Of a stretch of DNA of 30,355 nucleotides, positions 8,753 to 17,939 are shown piece by piece. The DNA is from Candidatus Altiarchaeota archaeon (GTDB lineage: Archaea > Altiarchaeota > Altiarchaeia > IMC4 > SCGC-AAA252-I15): the NCBI GenBank assembly GCA_043800705.1, contig JAZDMS010000025.1:1-30355 (forward strand). The letters are read 5' to 3'. The translations under genes were made by a program, and so were the position numbers. The notes under the pieces are model-generated. The model was not told the origin of the DNA, did not search any database, and saw only the letters and a program-made list of their open reading frames with translations. Positions within the stretch are counted from its first letter, which is position 1. Each line of letters begins with the position of its first letter.

Positions 8753-11115
8753 AAGCCCTGGCAGCCGTAATTCTCGTCATCCTCGCGCTCGGATGCATGA
8801 GTCCGAAGGAATGCCCCAAGCCGTACATCCAGTCCGGCAGCGTGTGCTGCCTGGACGAGAACCAGAACGGCGCATGCGACGACACCGAGATCGAGAGGCT
8901 CGTGCTCGTCGTGAACTCGACGGGACTGAAGACCGATGAGGTGACGACCACGACTGTGCCCGAGAAGCCCGCTGTCCAGATTCCGCGGAACGCCTCCGAG
9001 GAGTCAATCAGGCAGACGCCGGATGATTCCTCAGGGCAGCAACCGGGAACCGGGACGGATGACTCCTCGGAGCCGCAGGAGCCGTTGATGAACGTGAGCT
9101 TTTTCGGATTCATCCCCGTAAATGTCTCCTCCGGGGGCGGGAACTCATCGTTCTGCTCCGAGTCGACTCTGCAGCTTTCGAATACCAAACAGGATGGGCA
9201 CATCGGAGATGAATCCGAGCCGCTTGACGGGGCTGGCGAGAAGGTCGTCACCGGGGGGTATATCCTTGTCGGAGACGTGGCAGACAAGAGGAACCTGTCG
9301 AATGACGACCCGTACAGGGGGATAATCGCGTTGCCTGTCGGCGGTTTGGGGGATTTCAGCGATGCGAGGCTGAATGTCCTGCCTTATGCGACGCAGGGGA
9401 CGTCCCTTGACACGTACGTGGAGCATGTCCCATGCTCCGGTTCTGTGGAGCCCGCAGACTATGGTTTCGCGACGAACGGCACGCCCACGGTGCTCATCAA
9501 GGCGAAGGATTCGAACGAGATGTTCTATGGGATCGGCATCACGGAATACGTGAAGGCTGATATCGGGGCGGGGCGGCAGTTCTCATGCTACAGGCTCTCC
9601 TGGGACCGGGAAGGGCTCGCGAAGCTGAACAACAAGAAGACGGATGCGAGGTTCATCTTCGGATTCGGAAGCTCGTATGCGCCGTATATGAGCTACATCC
9701 AGAGGCCGTGCGTCAGGTGCAATGTCAACAGCGACTGCGGCAACACATCCTATGTCACAGGGTATCAGTGCATGGACGGCAAGATACTCAGGCAGTTCGT
9801 CCATAGCAGATGCGCGGACCCCCTGTCCGACGCCGCACGGTGCGTGATGACTCAGGAGGTGCAGGATTTCGCGACATGCAGGATAGGTGAATCCTGCGTC
9901 GACGGCGAGGACGAGTGCTTCAGCGCAGAATGCTACAACGGGGAGAACGACACCAACGAGGTGGGCGTGGACTGCGGGGGCCCGTGCCGGCCGTGCCACT
10001 GCTTCGACCGCAAGAGGGACATGATATATGAGTCGGGGCTCGACTGCGGGGGCGAATGCAAGCCATGCGTGGAGGACAAGAGGCTGCCGTTCATCAGGCT
10101 GACCAACCCGGTCAGCGGGAGGCTGTTCGGCTCGACCATCGTCCCGCTCGCCTACTCGGTGAACAAGCAGGGCGTCGGGTGCTGGTTCGAGGTCAACGGC
10201 GTAGAGGGCGGCTCCCTCCAGGGGAACAGGCTATTCAGGGCGCAGGAGGGATCCAACAATCTCACAGTCTTTTGCATGGATTCCTTCGGGCGGTCCGCCA
10301 ACGCTTCGGCCTCGTTCAAGGTCGAGTCTAAGCGGTTTTTGTCGTGTGAGAACGATTCCACTGTCGGCGTCTACAGGCAGCATTTCGACGGTGCCAGCTT
10401 TTTCCGTGACCGTAGCGGCCGTGATTGGGCTGGCAGCTGCGGGGAGGCTTTTTTCAATTCGTCGATGGCGGTGGCGGATTCGGCGCCGCATGCGTTGGGT
10501 CCCGTCGATGTCGCCTTGGGTTTGGGGGATGGGGCGTTGGGCGATTACCGGTATGCGGGGCTGTCGTATTCATGCGATGAGAGGATGGGATATGATGTCG
10601 GCTATGCCGCTCTGGCGAAGGAGGGTGTCGACAGGAAGGCGAAGTTCAGGGTCGCCTTGTTCTTCCAGGAGGTGAAGGCCCCGCAGCAGGGGTATGATTA
10701 CGCCTACAACGAGCCTGCTGGGAACCTTTCCATTTGGTTCCGGAACCTCAGGGAGGAGCTGGAGAGGAATCCGCTTGCCACGAACCAGAGCTTCAATGCG
10801 AGCGCCAGCAACCGCTCGAATGTCGTCATCTCATCCGGGAACGAGTCCCGGCAGCCTCCGTCGAACTCCTTTTGGAGGGTGTACCGGTATGCGGCGGACG
10901 GGGACGCCGTCGACAAATCGTCCTATTTGGACTTCCAATACGCGCCGAAGGAGTCGGGGTGCAACGCGGGCTCCGGCCTCAGGTATCAGGAGTTGGACCT
11001 TACGCCGCTTATCGCGAACGGGACCGGGAACAGGGCGGAGCTGAGGCTTGCTTTGTATTCCAGGAAGGCGGAGGCTTTGGTGGGCATCGTCGAGGCTGAG
11101 ATCTCGTATAAGTGA
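8749..11115 (+). CDS. Secreted/lipoprotein-like Cys-rich surface protein
   Basis: Signal/lipobox LALGC, CPKPYI...CCLDENQNGACD module, two GxDCGGxCxPC repeats, Ig-like segment. Confidence 0.85.
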   Translation: MKALAAVILVILALGCMSPKECPKPYIQSGSVCCLDENQNGACDDTEIERLVLVVNSTGLKTDEVTTTTVPEKPAVQIPRNASEESIRQTPDDSSGQQPGTGTDDSSEPQEPLMNVSFFGFIPVNVSSGGGNSSFCSESTLQLSNTKQDGHIGDESEPLDGAGEKVVTGGYILVGDVADKRNLSNDDPYRGIIALPVGGLGDFSDARLNVLPYATQGTSLDTYVEHVPCSGSVEPADYGFATNGTPTVLIKAKDSNEMFYGIGITEYVKADIGAGRQFSCYRLSWDREGLAKLNNKKTDARFIFGFGSSYAPYMSYIQRPCVRCNVNSDCGNTSYVTGYQCMDGKILRQFVHSRCADPLSDAARCVMTQEVQDFATCRIGESCVDGEDECFSAECYNGENDTNEVGVDCGGPCRPCHCFDRKRDMIYESGLDCGGECKPCVEDKRLPFIRLTNPVSGRLFGSTIVPLAYSVNKQGVGCWFEVNGVEGGSLQGNRLFRAQEGSNNLTVFCMDSFGRSANASASFKVESKRFLSCENDSTVGVYRQHFDGASFFRDRSGRDWAGSCGEAFFNSSMAVADSAPHALGPVDVALGLGDGALGDYRYAGLSYSCDERMGYDVGYAALAKEGVDRKAKFRVALFFQEVKAPQQGYDYAYNEPAGNLSIWFRNLREELERNPLATNQSFNASASNRSNVVISSGNESRQPPSNSFWRVYRYAADGDAVDKSSYLDFQYAPKESGCNAGSGLRYQELDLTPLIANGTGNRAELRLALYSRKAEALVGIVEAEISYK

Positions 11116-11116
11116 A

Positions 11117-11593
11117 ATGGACTCCCTCGCGCATTTTGTCCTCTCCCTTGCTGGGGGTTATCTTTTGGTCTATGGCCTTCGGTTGAGGGTTGGGCCGTGG
11201 GTTGTGCCGGTTTTGGCTGCGGTCTCGCTCCTGGTCGACGTCGACCATCTGCCGCCGCATTTCGGGTTCGTCCACAGGCTGGTGTTGCATAACGTGTTTT
11301 TCCTTCTCTTCGCGGGTGCGGCCGTCGGTCTGCTTCTTGGCCGCGGCGTCGGCCTCGTGTTCGCCTATATGCTCCTTGGGCATCTGCTCTTTGACATGGT
11401 TGGGGGGATGTATGGGGTGCCGCTTATGTGGCCGCTTTCGAGGGCCGATTTCATCCTTCCGGAGTCTTGGGAGGTTTGGCTCTTCGGGGACCCGAGCTAC
11501 ACGGTCGTCAGCCGTATGGGTCTCGCCATGGCGGCGTATTTCGGCATCGCGTTGTTTTCTATTTTTTGCCTGCGTCGTAGAGCCTCATGCTGA
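11117..11593 (+). CDS. Membrane metal-dependent hydrolase (YdjM/LexA-binding family)
   Basis: Start MDSLAH; LVDVDH, HRLVLHN, GHLLFD, GVPLMWP motifs. Confidence 0.82.
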   Translation: MDSLAHFVLSLAGGYLLVYGLRLRVGPWVVPVLAAVSLLVDVDHLPPHFGFVHRLVLHNVFFLLFAGAAVGLLLGRGVGLVFAYMLLGHLLFDMVGGMYGVPLMWPLSRADFILPESWEVWLFGDPSYTVVSRMGLAMAAYFGIALFSIFCLRRRASC

Positions 11594-12422
11594 AGAACGT
11601 GTACCAGAAGGTGAGCATCCATATGCTGAAGACGACCCATCCGGTGTTCATGTGGGCTGGCTCTATCCAGCCTGGGCCGAGGTAGTAGACGGATGCGAGT
11701 ATGAGTACGAGGCGGAGTATGTTCAGGAGGTAGGTTATGGGGAATCCTGCTAGGATGAGGAGGTATCCTTTGGCTTTGATCTTGGGAAGGAGCAGGAGGA
11801 TCATGCCGACGGAGACTGAGTATGCGATGAGGCTCCAGATGCCGGTGCAGTCGGGGACGATGGAGACGCGGACCGCGGCCCCGGTGGCTGTGGCGTATGT
11901 TATGAGGTTCCCCTGCACCTGGGGTGAGAAGCCTGTGAGCTCGAGGGCGAACACAAGGAGGTCGATGGTGGGCTGAAGCAGGGGCTGGAACCAGAGGGCT
12001 GGCTTGTCGCCCAGCAGGAGGTAGCCGATTATCACTGCGATGGGTATGAGCAGGGGGGTGATGGCGGCAAAGTAGCCCAGGATGGCGAAGGCTGTGATGG
12101 ATGCGCCGGCCAGAAGGAGGCTCAGGTTGACGAATGTGAATTTCCCGGAGCCTTTGCCGTGGCTGATGCCCAGGGGTATCATCGCCGCGCTCATGAGGAC
12201 GGTGGCGACTCCGACTGCGACTATGGTGCCCCTCACCCATTTCGGGAGCGCATGTTCGCGCATGTGGTGTGTCCGCCAGAGGACCGCCAATGCGGTCATC
12301 GCCCAGAGCATGAGGAAGTAGTCGCTCATGTAGCTGACTGGCAGGATGATGAATGCTGCGGCGAGGCTCAGCGCCAGGAGGACGGCCCACGTTTTTGCAG
12401 TAGAGTATGCTTTGAGGGGCAT
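11559..12422 (-). CDS. Archaeosortase/exosortase family protein (probably ArtC-like, PEF-CTERM type)
   Basis: Multi-TM; Cys-Arg-His triad in PDCTGI, NILRL, AHMNTG. Confidence 0.88.
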   Translation of the reverse strand: MPLKAYSTAKTWAVLLALSLAAAFIILPVSYMSDYFLMLWAMTALAVLWRTHHMREHALPKWVRGTIVAVGVATVLMSAAMIPLGISHGKGSGKFTFVNLSLLLAGASITAFAILGYFAAITPLLIPIAVIIGYLLLGDKPALWFQPLLQPTIDLLVFALELTGFSPQVQGNLITYATATGAAVRVSIVPDCTGIWSLIAYSVSVGMILLLLPKIKAKGYLLILAGFPITYLLNILRLVLILASVYYLGPGWIEPAHMNTGWVVFSIWMLTFWYTFFSMRLYDAGKK

Positions 12423-12602
12423 ATGGTTTAAACACGCAGGACGCTTTAAAATACGGTCATAATACGGCCATGTGTGAAGGCCTACGTGAACAATGCACTA
12501 AAAAAATCCGGGCCATTGTTTAGTAATAGGTGGATATAGCCCAAAAAACACCCTTTAAGGACAATGTTCAAGCTTTTATACGTATACATTGTATAATTCT
12601 GA

Positions 12603-13574
12603 GTGGTTTCCATGGAGAAAGTAGGGTGTTGGTCCGTATTGTTCTTTGTATTATTGTTCTTTGTTTTATCCGGCTCTGTCTCGGCGTATTCCGTCGACGG
12701 AAGCCTTAGCGACTGGGGAGTGAATCTCGGCAGCGCGTTCGGCGGCAGCGAGTCCGCATGGGTTCCTTCATCGGCTACGGCGCAGTGGAAGGTCGAGGAC
12801 GACATCGACGACAAGTGCGTCATAAACACCGGGATATACGGCCCGTGCAGGGACTGGACCGGATACGACGCAAAAGGGGCCCACATCCAAGGCGAGGGGG
12901 CGGCATACTCCCCGTATGCGGAGCCATATTCATTCCACGCGGACCCCTGGGGCAAATACGACGGCCCCGCAGGGGGGGAGGCATACGACATTGAGGCCCT
13001 CTACTTCGACGACGTCGTCGGATTCGCGTATTTCGCCATCGTCACATCGATGCCCGAAGGCGGCCACACCGACGCATGGGGCAGGCACACCGACACCGGC
13101 GACATAGCCCTGGACCTGGACAACGACGCCGGCACCGGCCAGTACGGCTACGAGTACGGCATCAAGACGAGCGGCCCCAGCAAGGGACAGGTCTGCTATT
13201 TGCCGACGTGGAGCCTGCCGAACGCGGCCGACGGCTTCCCGCAGAACGCACCCTCGACGATGAGCTGCACAGGCGGCTCTTCGAAGGTGATCGGGAACGC
13301 CCAGCTGGTCTACTCAAGCGCCGGGGTCTCGGACCACGGCTTCCCCAACTACGTCATCGAGGTCAGGATACCGAAGTGGATGATCGGGATGCCGGCGAAG
13401 GGGACCTTAGCCGACGTGCACACCACCATCACCTGCGGAAACGACGTCGTCGAGATTACGCCGTTCAGGTGGAACTTCGAGGCGCCGGAATTCCCGGGAT
13501 CGACAATACCAGCGCTGATACTGGCAATGGCGCCGCTGACAGCATACGTAGCGGCCAGGAAGAAAGACAATTAG
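12603..13574 (+). CDS. Secreted PEF-CTERM sorting-signal protein
   Basis: Signal peptide ending VSA; C-terminal APEFP + hydrophobic helix + RKK; DG.LSDW and GGEAYDIEALY motifs. The start may be the ATG at 12612. Confidence 0.88.
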   Translation: MVSMEKVGCWSVLFFVLLFFVLSGSVSAYSVDGSLSDWGVNLGSAFGGSESAWVPSSATAQWKVEDDIDDKCVINTGIYGPCRDWTGYDAKGAHIQGEGAAYSPYAEPYSFHADPWGKYDGPAGGEAYDIEALYFDDVVGFAYFAIVTSMPEGGHTDAWGRHTDTGDIALDLDNDAGTGQYGYEYGIKTSGPSKGQVCYLPTWSLPNAADGFPQNAPSTMSCTGGSSKVIGNAQLVYSSAGVSDHGFPNYVIEVRIPKWMIGMPAKGTLADVHTTITCGNDVVEITPFRWNFEAPEFPGSTIPALILAMAPLTAYVAARKKDN

Positions 13575-13703
13575 GGCTATTATCTTGGGTTTGGCAGGTC
13601 ATGGCCGTTATTGGCACTTTTATTTGAACACCCTAATTTCTTAGTTCCAGCAACACAATGTTTCCGGACTGCTTGTGGCGGATTAATCTAGTCATCGTTC
13701 AAT

Positions 13704-14108
13704 ATGGTTGTTATGGTTAAGCTCGTCTATCTGGATACGTGCATTTTGATGGATTATTTCTTAGATAGGCGGGGATCTGATGTCGCTTGGGATATTCTTT
13801 CTAGGAGTCTTAATTGCGAGTTTAAGCTGGTGCTGTCCGATTGGTTGCTTTGCGAGTTAGAGCAGCATGTTCCATCGGCTGGATTGAAGGGATTCTTCGG
13901 TTTGTTCAGGTCTAAGGACAAATTTGTGCTAGTCAGGCATACGCCTGAAGAAGTGGTGCAGGCGAAGGCTATTTCAGACCATTTCCAGGACCCATTACAT
14001 GCGTTACTGGCTAAGAAGGCGGGGGCGGACCTGTTGGTTACAGCGAATATTCAGCATTTCGCCAGCTGCAGGGATTTAGTTAAGGCCGTATTTCCCGAAG
14101 ACGTCTGA
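13704..14108 (+). CDS. PIN domain (VapC-like) protein
   Basis: VYLDTCILMD, CELE, QDPLHA, LVTAN; overlaps the end of the convergent gene by 33 bp. Confidence 0.85.
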   Translation: MVVMVKLVYLDTCILMDYFLDRRGSDVAWDILSRSLNCEFKLVLSDWLLCELEQHVPSAGLKGFFGLFRSKDKFVLVRHTPEEVVQAKAISDHFQDPLHALLAKKAGADLLVTANIQHFASCRDLVKAVFPEDV

Positions 14109-15218
14109 TTTGCTTTGCACGAATTTTTCAGCCAACTCTTTTCTTCCCGCCGGGTCGAGTTCCTTTGAGTCTTTTGCCATCCCTCTGAACGATTTTAGGG
14201 TATCTTGGATGTTTATTCCCTTGGGTTCTGTTAGGGGGTCTCTGAGGTCTTTGAGTTCGTCTACGCATTCCCTCGCTACTTGCAGGAGTGCATCGAGCGT
14301 CGGCTGGACGTAGGGGTTTAGGGTCTGTCGGTCATACCAGCCACCAACGTACATGCTGTTGTAGAAGTTGTATGAGCCGAGCAGCTGCCATACGCTGTTG
14401 AAAGACTCAGATAGCTCGTCACGCATCTGGTTAAGGTCTTCCTCCTTTTTTGTCTTTATCAGGTATATCATGGTTGAGGAGAATTCGTTCAGTACTTCCA
14501 CTATTTCCTTGTTGTCGTCATTTTTCTGGAAGAACATCGCAAAGTCGGTTAATAACGCCCTCAGTTTGCTTTTTCCTTCCTCGTCAAATATCATGAAAGG
14601 CAATAGATTGAGCATTTCTTTGGTCAGGTATAGGGGATTATTCTTTTCCGTGTAGTGATTCAGCCTCAAATCCTTTGTAGTAAGGTACTGGCTCTTTTTC
14701 CCAACAACCTCGGCGATACACTTGTCTATGCTGTCCAAATTAGGCACTGGTGCGTACTCGTAGTTTCTTTCAGGGTCGTAGTGTTTAATGCACATCTCCC
14801 CAAAATAATACCACCCAGAGGGTACCTCCTTTTTTAGGTTACATAATTCGACCACATCGACTAGTGACTTCTGAACCTGTGTCTTGTTAGGGCGTTTCCC
14901 GGTCTTCTCAACCCACCCGTCCCGGATATGCATAAACAGGCAATTGATGAGATTGTCTTGCTTTGAAGTTATCGGCAACTGGAATACTGTGTCCGTGCCA
15001 AGCTCTGGGGGTCTTGCGACCTTAGACCTGAAAACCCTCTTATTGCCGTCCACTTGAATCTCCTCCACCTGCCCTATCGAAGTAAGGAACTCCAATGCCT
15101 TTCTTGCACTATCCCAGTCAGTCTCAGCCTCAGCCTTAATATCGCTTATAGACTTCGGCCTGTCTTGTAACGACTTAAGAACTTGTCTGGCAAGATCATA
15201 GGTGGTTTTCTTTGCCAT
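14076..15218 (-). CDS. Hypothetical protein with N-terminal winged HTH and Panacea(SocA)-like middle region
   Basis: KSISDIK...WDSARKALEFL wHTH; NKTQVQK...GWYYFG. Confidence 0.65.
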   Translation of the reverse strand: MAKKTTYDLARQVLKSLQDRPKSISDIKAEAETDWDSARKALEFLTSIGQVEEIQVDGNKRVFRSKVARPPELGTDTVFQLPITSKQDNLINCLFMHIRDGWVEKTGKRPNKTQVQKSLVDVVELCNLKKEVPSGWYYFGEMCIKHYDPERNYEYAPVPNLDSIDKCIAEVVGKKSQYLTTKDLRLNHYTEKNNPLYLTKEMLNLLPFMIFDEEGKSKLRALLTDFAMFFQKNDDNKEIVEVLNEFSSTMIYLIKTKKEEDLNQMRDELSESFNSVWQLLGSYNFYNSMYVGGWYDRQTLNPYVQPTLDALLQVARECVDELKDLRDPLTEPKGINIQDTLKSFRGMAKDSKELDPAGRKELAEKFVQSKSDVFGKYGLN

Positions 15219-15247
15219 TGGAAGGTATTACACATACACGCTTATAT

Positions 15248-15314
15248 CTATATACCTATAGTCTAGCCAAGTATTTAAATACTATTGCTATATAATTATA
15301 CTATAGGTACATAG
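15248..15314. promoter_or_regulatory. 15-bp inverted repeat flanking the TATA box of the wHTH gene (putative operator)
   Basis: CTATATACCTATAGT (15248-15262) and ACTATAGGTACATAG (15300-15314), 1 mismatch, with TTTAAAT between. Confidence 0.6.
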
Positions 15315-15315
15315 C

Positions 15316-15577
15316 GTGACATCCTCCCACGGCTAAAGCCGTGGGCTTCCAGCGACTACGACTTGTGGAAGTGCGTTGTCGCATGTAGTTCCTGCTTCAA
15401 CCAGCGGACGCACAACGGACTTGCGAGTTCGTTGCGGTGGTCTCTGTCCACAGGCGTATATGTTCAGCTGAATCCCAGCCCACTGATGTTAGTTGCAGCG
15501 TATCTTCTGAGGCTCTTCGGCAGCCCCCGAAAGACCGCATTTGACCTCCCATACCTTTTATTGCAGGTTGTCTAACT
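15316..15577 (-). mobile_element. Non-autonomous IS200/IS605 (IS1341-like) remnant carrying the TnpB omega-RNA/right end
   Basis: Minus strand has ACGCCTGTGGA...GAAGCAGGAA...GAAGCCCACGGCTTTAGCCGTGGGAGGATGTCAC; residual TnpB tail RYAATNI; no transposase or TnpB ORF; the left boundary is approximate. Confidence 0.85.
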
Positions 15578-15587
15578 ATAATGGGCC

Positions 15588-15974
15588 ATGAAACCGGCAG
15601 AAACGACCCGGAAGGCGCTGTTTTACATCAGCGGAAAACAGGCCCAGCATATCGGCTGCCGGCTGACCGTGACTGCTGAGATGATACATGCGGGATTCCT
15701 CAGGGGCGGCGCATTCAACCTCCCGGACGGTCGCGTGGAGGTCGTGCTGGAGGGCCGTCGGCAGGACATTGAATCCTTCCATGAGAGGATGGACGGAGGC
15801 GGTCTGGCCGAGCTGATAATTCAGCGGGCCAACGACCAGGATGCGGTGCGGAAATTGATAGGGAATCCGGGCCTTATAGTATATCCCCTGGAGTATCGGG
15901 ATGACATTCTCGGCTTGACATCGGCTTGTTCTCCCACGGAGGACCTGATAAAGCCAAGGTTCCCACCCAGATAA
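15588..15974 (+). CDS. Divergent acylphosphatase-like protein, probably truncated or frameshifted at the 3' end
   Basis: ISGKQAQHIGCR and NLPDGRVEVVLEG resemble the acylphosphatase motifs; the C-terminus looks scrambled. Confidence 0.6.
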   Translation: MKPAETTRKALFYISGKQAQHIGCRLTVTAEMIHAGFLRGGAFNLPDGRVEVVLEGRRQDIESFHERMDGGGLAELIIQRANDQDAVRKLIGNPGLIVYPLEYRDDILGLTSACSPTEDLIKPRFPPR

Positions 15975-16018
15975 GAAAGGCGTTACATTTATATGCTTTT
16001 GTAACCACCATATGTATC

Positions 16019-16312
16019 ATGAAGGTCATTACTGCGAGGGTGCCGGACGTGTTTGTCAGGGATCTCGAGCATATCGAGGCTGCGGAGCACGCGGACCGCG
16101 CCGAGGTCGTCAGGAAGCTGTTGGGCGAGGCCATAACCGTTTGGAAGTGTCGCCAGGCCGTGGAGCAGCTGCGCGAACACAGGATTTCGTACAGGAAGGC
16201 CGCTAAACTGGCGGGCGTATCCTATGCTGAGATGCTTGATTTGGCTTCGGAGTCGGGCGTGGATTCCGGCTACTCTCCGGAGGAACTGAACGCCGATTTG
16301 AGGCGAATCTGA
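16019..16312 (+). CDS. UPF0175 family antitoxin
   Basis: Start MKVITARVP; RAEVVRKLL, ISYRKAAKLAGVS; directly upstream of a DUF3368 PIN gene. Confidence 0.85.
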   Translation: MKVITARVPDVFVRDLEHIEAAEHADRAEVVRKLLGEAITVWKCRQAVEQLREHRISYRKAAKLAGVSYAEMLDLASESGVDSGYSPEELNADLRRI

Positions 16313-16313
16313 G

Positions 16314-16805
16314 ATGGCCGTTGTAGACTCCTGCATCCTCATCCACCTTAGCAGGATAGGCCGCCTATCGCTCTTGGAAGGCCTAAGGGTCGTCGTGACG
16401 CCTGAGGTCTACCGGGAGGTGGTTGTCGAGTCCGGCGGCAGGGCGGGGACCGCAGAGCTGGAGGAGGCGTTCGAAAAGTGGATACAGACGGCCAAAGTCA
16501 AATCCTCCGATTCGCGGAAGATCGCCGGCCTGGGGGGCATAGAGGAGACCGACGCCTCGCTGCTGCTTCTCGCACGTGAACGCAGGGAGATACTCGTCAC
16601 AAACGACAAGAACCTCATCCGGCTGGCCCGCAGCATGAGCGTGGAATGCTGGTGGCCGGCCACACTGATACTGAACCGGCTGAAGGCCAAGAAAATATCG
16701 CCTAAGGAGGCCGAAGACATCCTATACGAGCTTGTGAACACCGGATTGAGGATGCACGCCGGAGTCTACGCCGCCATAGTGACGCAGATCCGCCTGATGA
16801 AGTGA
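16314..16805 (+). CDS. DUF3368-type PIN domain toxin
   Basis: VVDSCILIHLSRIGRL, VYREVV, TDASLL, VTNDK motifs. Confidence 0.88.
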   Translation: MAVVDSCILIHLSRIGRLSLLEGLRVVVTPEVYREVVVESGGRAGTAELEEAFEKWIQTAKVKSSDSRKIAGLGGIEETDASLLLLARERREILVTNDKNLIRLARSMSVECWWPATLILNRLKAKKISPKEAEDILYELVNTGLRMHAGVYAAIVTQIRLMK

Positions 16806-16844
16806 TGGCAAAAGCGATTTGCAGGCTCCCCCACGGTCCTGGGA

Positions 16845-17939
16845 TTACGCCTCGTTGACCTTCCAGGAGAGGCGGTAGACTGCGGCTGATGTCGCTGCTG
16901 CCAGTATGATGAGCGTCGCCAGCTGGGGCATTATCGTCGTTGCCGGCGTTCCGAGGGCTGTTGCCGTGATCAGATACGACGGGCTGTTGGCCAGTAGGAG
17001 GGGGTGTGTGTTGGCGAGGGGGCTGAAGAGGCTGATGGCGCTCATGCTGATGAAGGTGTAGAGTATCTGGCTGTTCTTCATCCGTTTCACGTAGAGTGCG
17101 ATGATGGTGCCTGCGTTCATGAATATGGCGGCGTAGAGGGCGCATATGATGAGGAGGGTGAGGTGGTTTTGGGGGCTGATGAAGGTGGCGCTCATGACCG
17201 CGAGCCAGAGGGCGGATTGGGATATGGCCAGGAGGAAGGAGCCGAACGATTTTCCGAAGACTATCTGGGCGTATGTGAGGGGCGCGGCGGCGAGGTTGAT
17301 CATCCGCTTCGATTCGAGGTCTTGGGTGATGCCGTCTATGGCGAGGCTTCCTGATACGACGCAGGGGAGGAATAGGAGGAGGGGGAGGGTGAAGATGAAG
17401 TATATCTCGGCGTGCCTGGCCTGCGGCTTGAAGTTCATTATCCTGTAGGTGGCGTACTGCAGGCGGGGGGCGTATTCTTCGACCTTCTGCAGCCGTATGG
17501 AGTCTTCGAGGCCGAGGAAGACCCGTTTGAGTGCGAGCTTCGTTATCGGCGCCTTGGGGCTGTTGGAGGGGACGAACACCTTGACGACTGAGGGTTTCGA
17601 GTCCTCGGTCAGGTCTCCGACGACTACGGCGTCGGTGAGGCCGTCTGTGAAGTCCCTGTATGCTACCGGGAAGCTGCTATAGTAGGTATAGTGGACGCCG
17701 CCTGCGTCGAAGGCCTTCGAGAACCCTTCCGGCGTGTCTGAGACGACTCCGACGTAGACGAGGCTGGACAGCTGGGTCAGCGTCGAGGAGGACTCCGGCG
17801 AGGTCATGAGGACGTAGCCGACGCTCAGCAAGCCGGATGACGACACGAGCAGGAGTTCCAGGAGTATCATCAGGAGGAAGCTTCGCTCCTTGAGCATGGC
17901 GCTGATCTCCCTATGCGATATTATGAGGCTCTTTCTCAT
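16845..17939 (-). CDS. ABC-2 type transporter permease
   Basis: Start MRKSLIISHRE (ATGA overlap); TM helices, DLESKR..L.AAP......IVFGK motif. Confidence 0.88.
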   Translation of the reverse strand: MRKSLIISHREISAMLKERSFLLMILLELLLVSSSGLLSVGYVLMTSPESSSTLTQLSSLVYVGVVSDTPEGFSKAFDAGGVHYTYYSSFPVAYRDFTDGLTDAVVVGDLTEDSKPSVVKVFVPSNSPKAPITKLALKRVFLGLEDSIRLQKVEEYAPRLQYATYRIMNFKPQARHAEIYFIFTLPLLLFLPCVVSGSLAIDGITQDLESKRMINLAAAPLTYAQIVFGKSFGSFLLAISQSALWLAVMSATFISPQNHLTLLIICALYAAIFMNAGTIIALYVKRMKNSQILYTFISMSAISLFSPLANTHPLLLANSPSYLITATALGTPATTIMPQLATLIILAAATSAAVYRLSWKVNEA

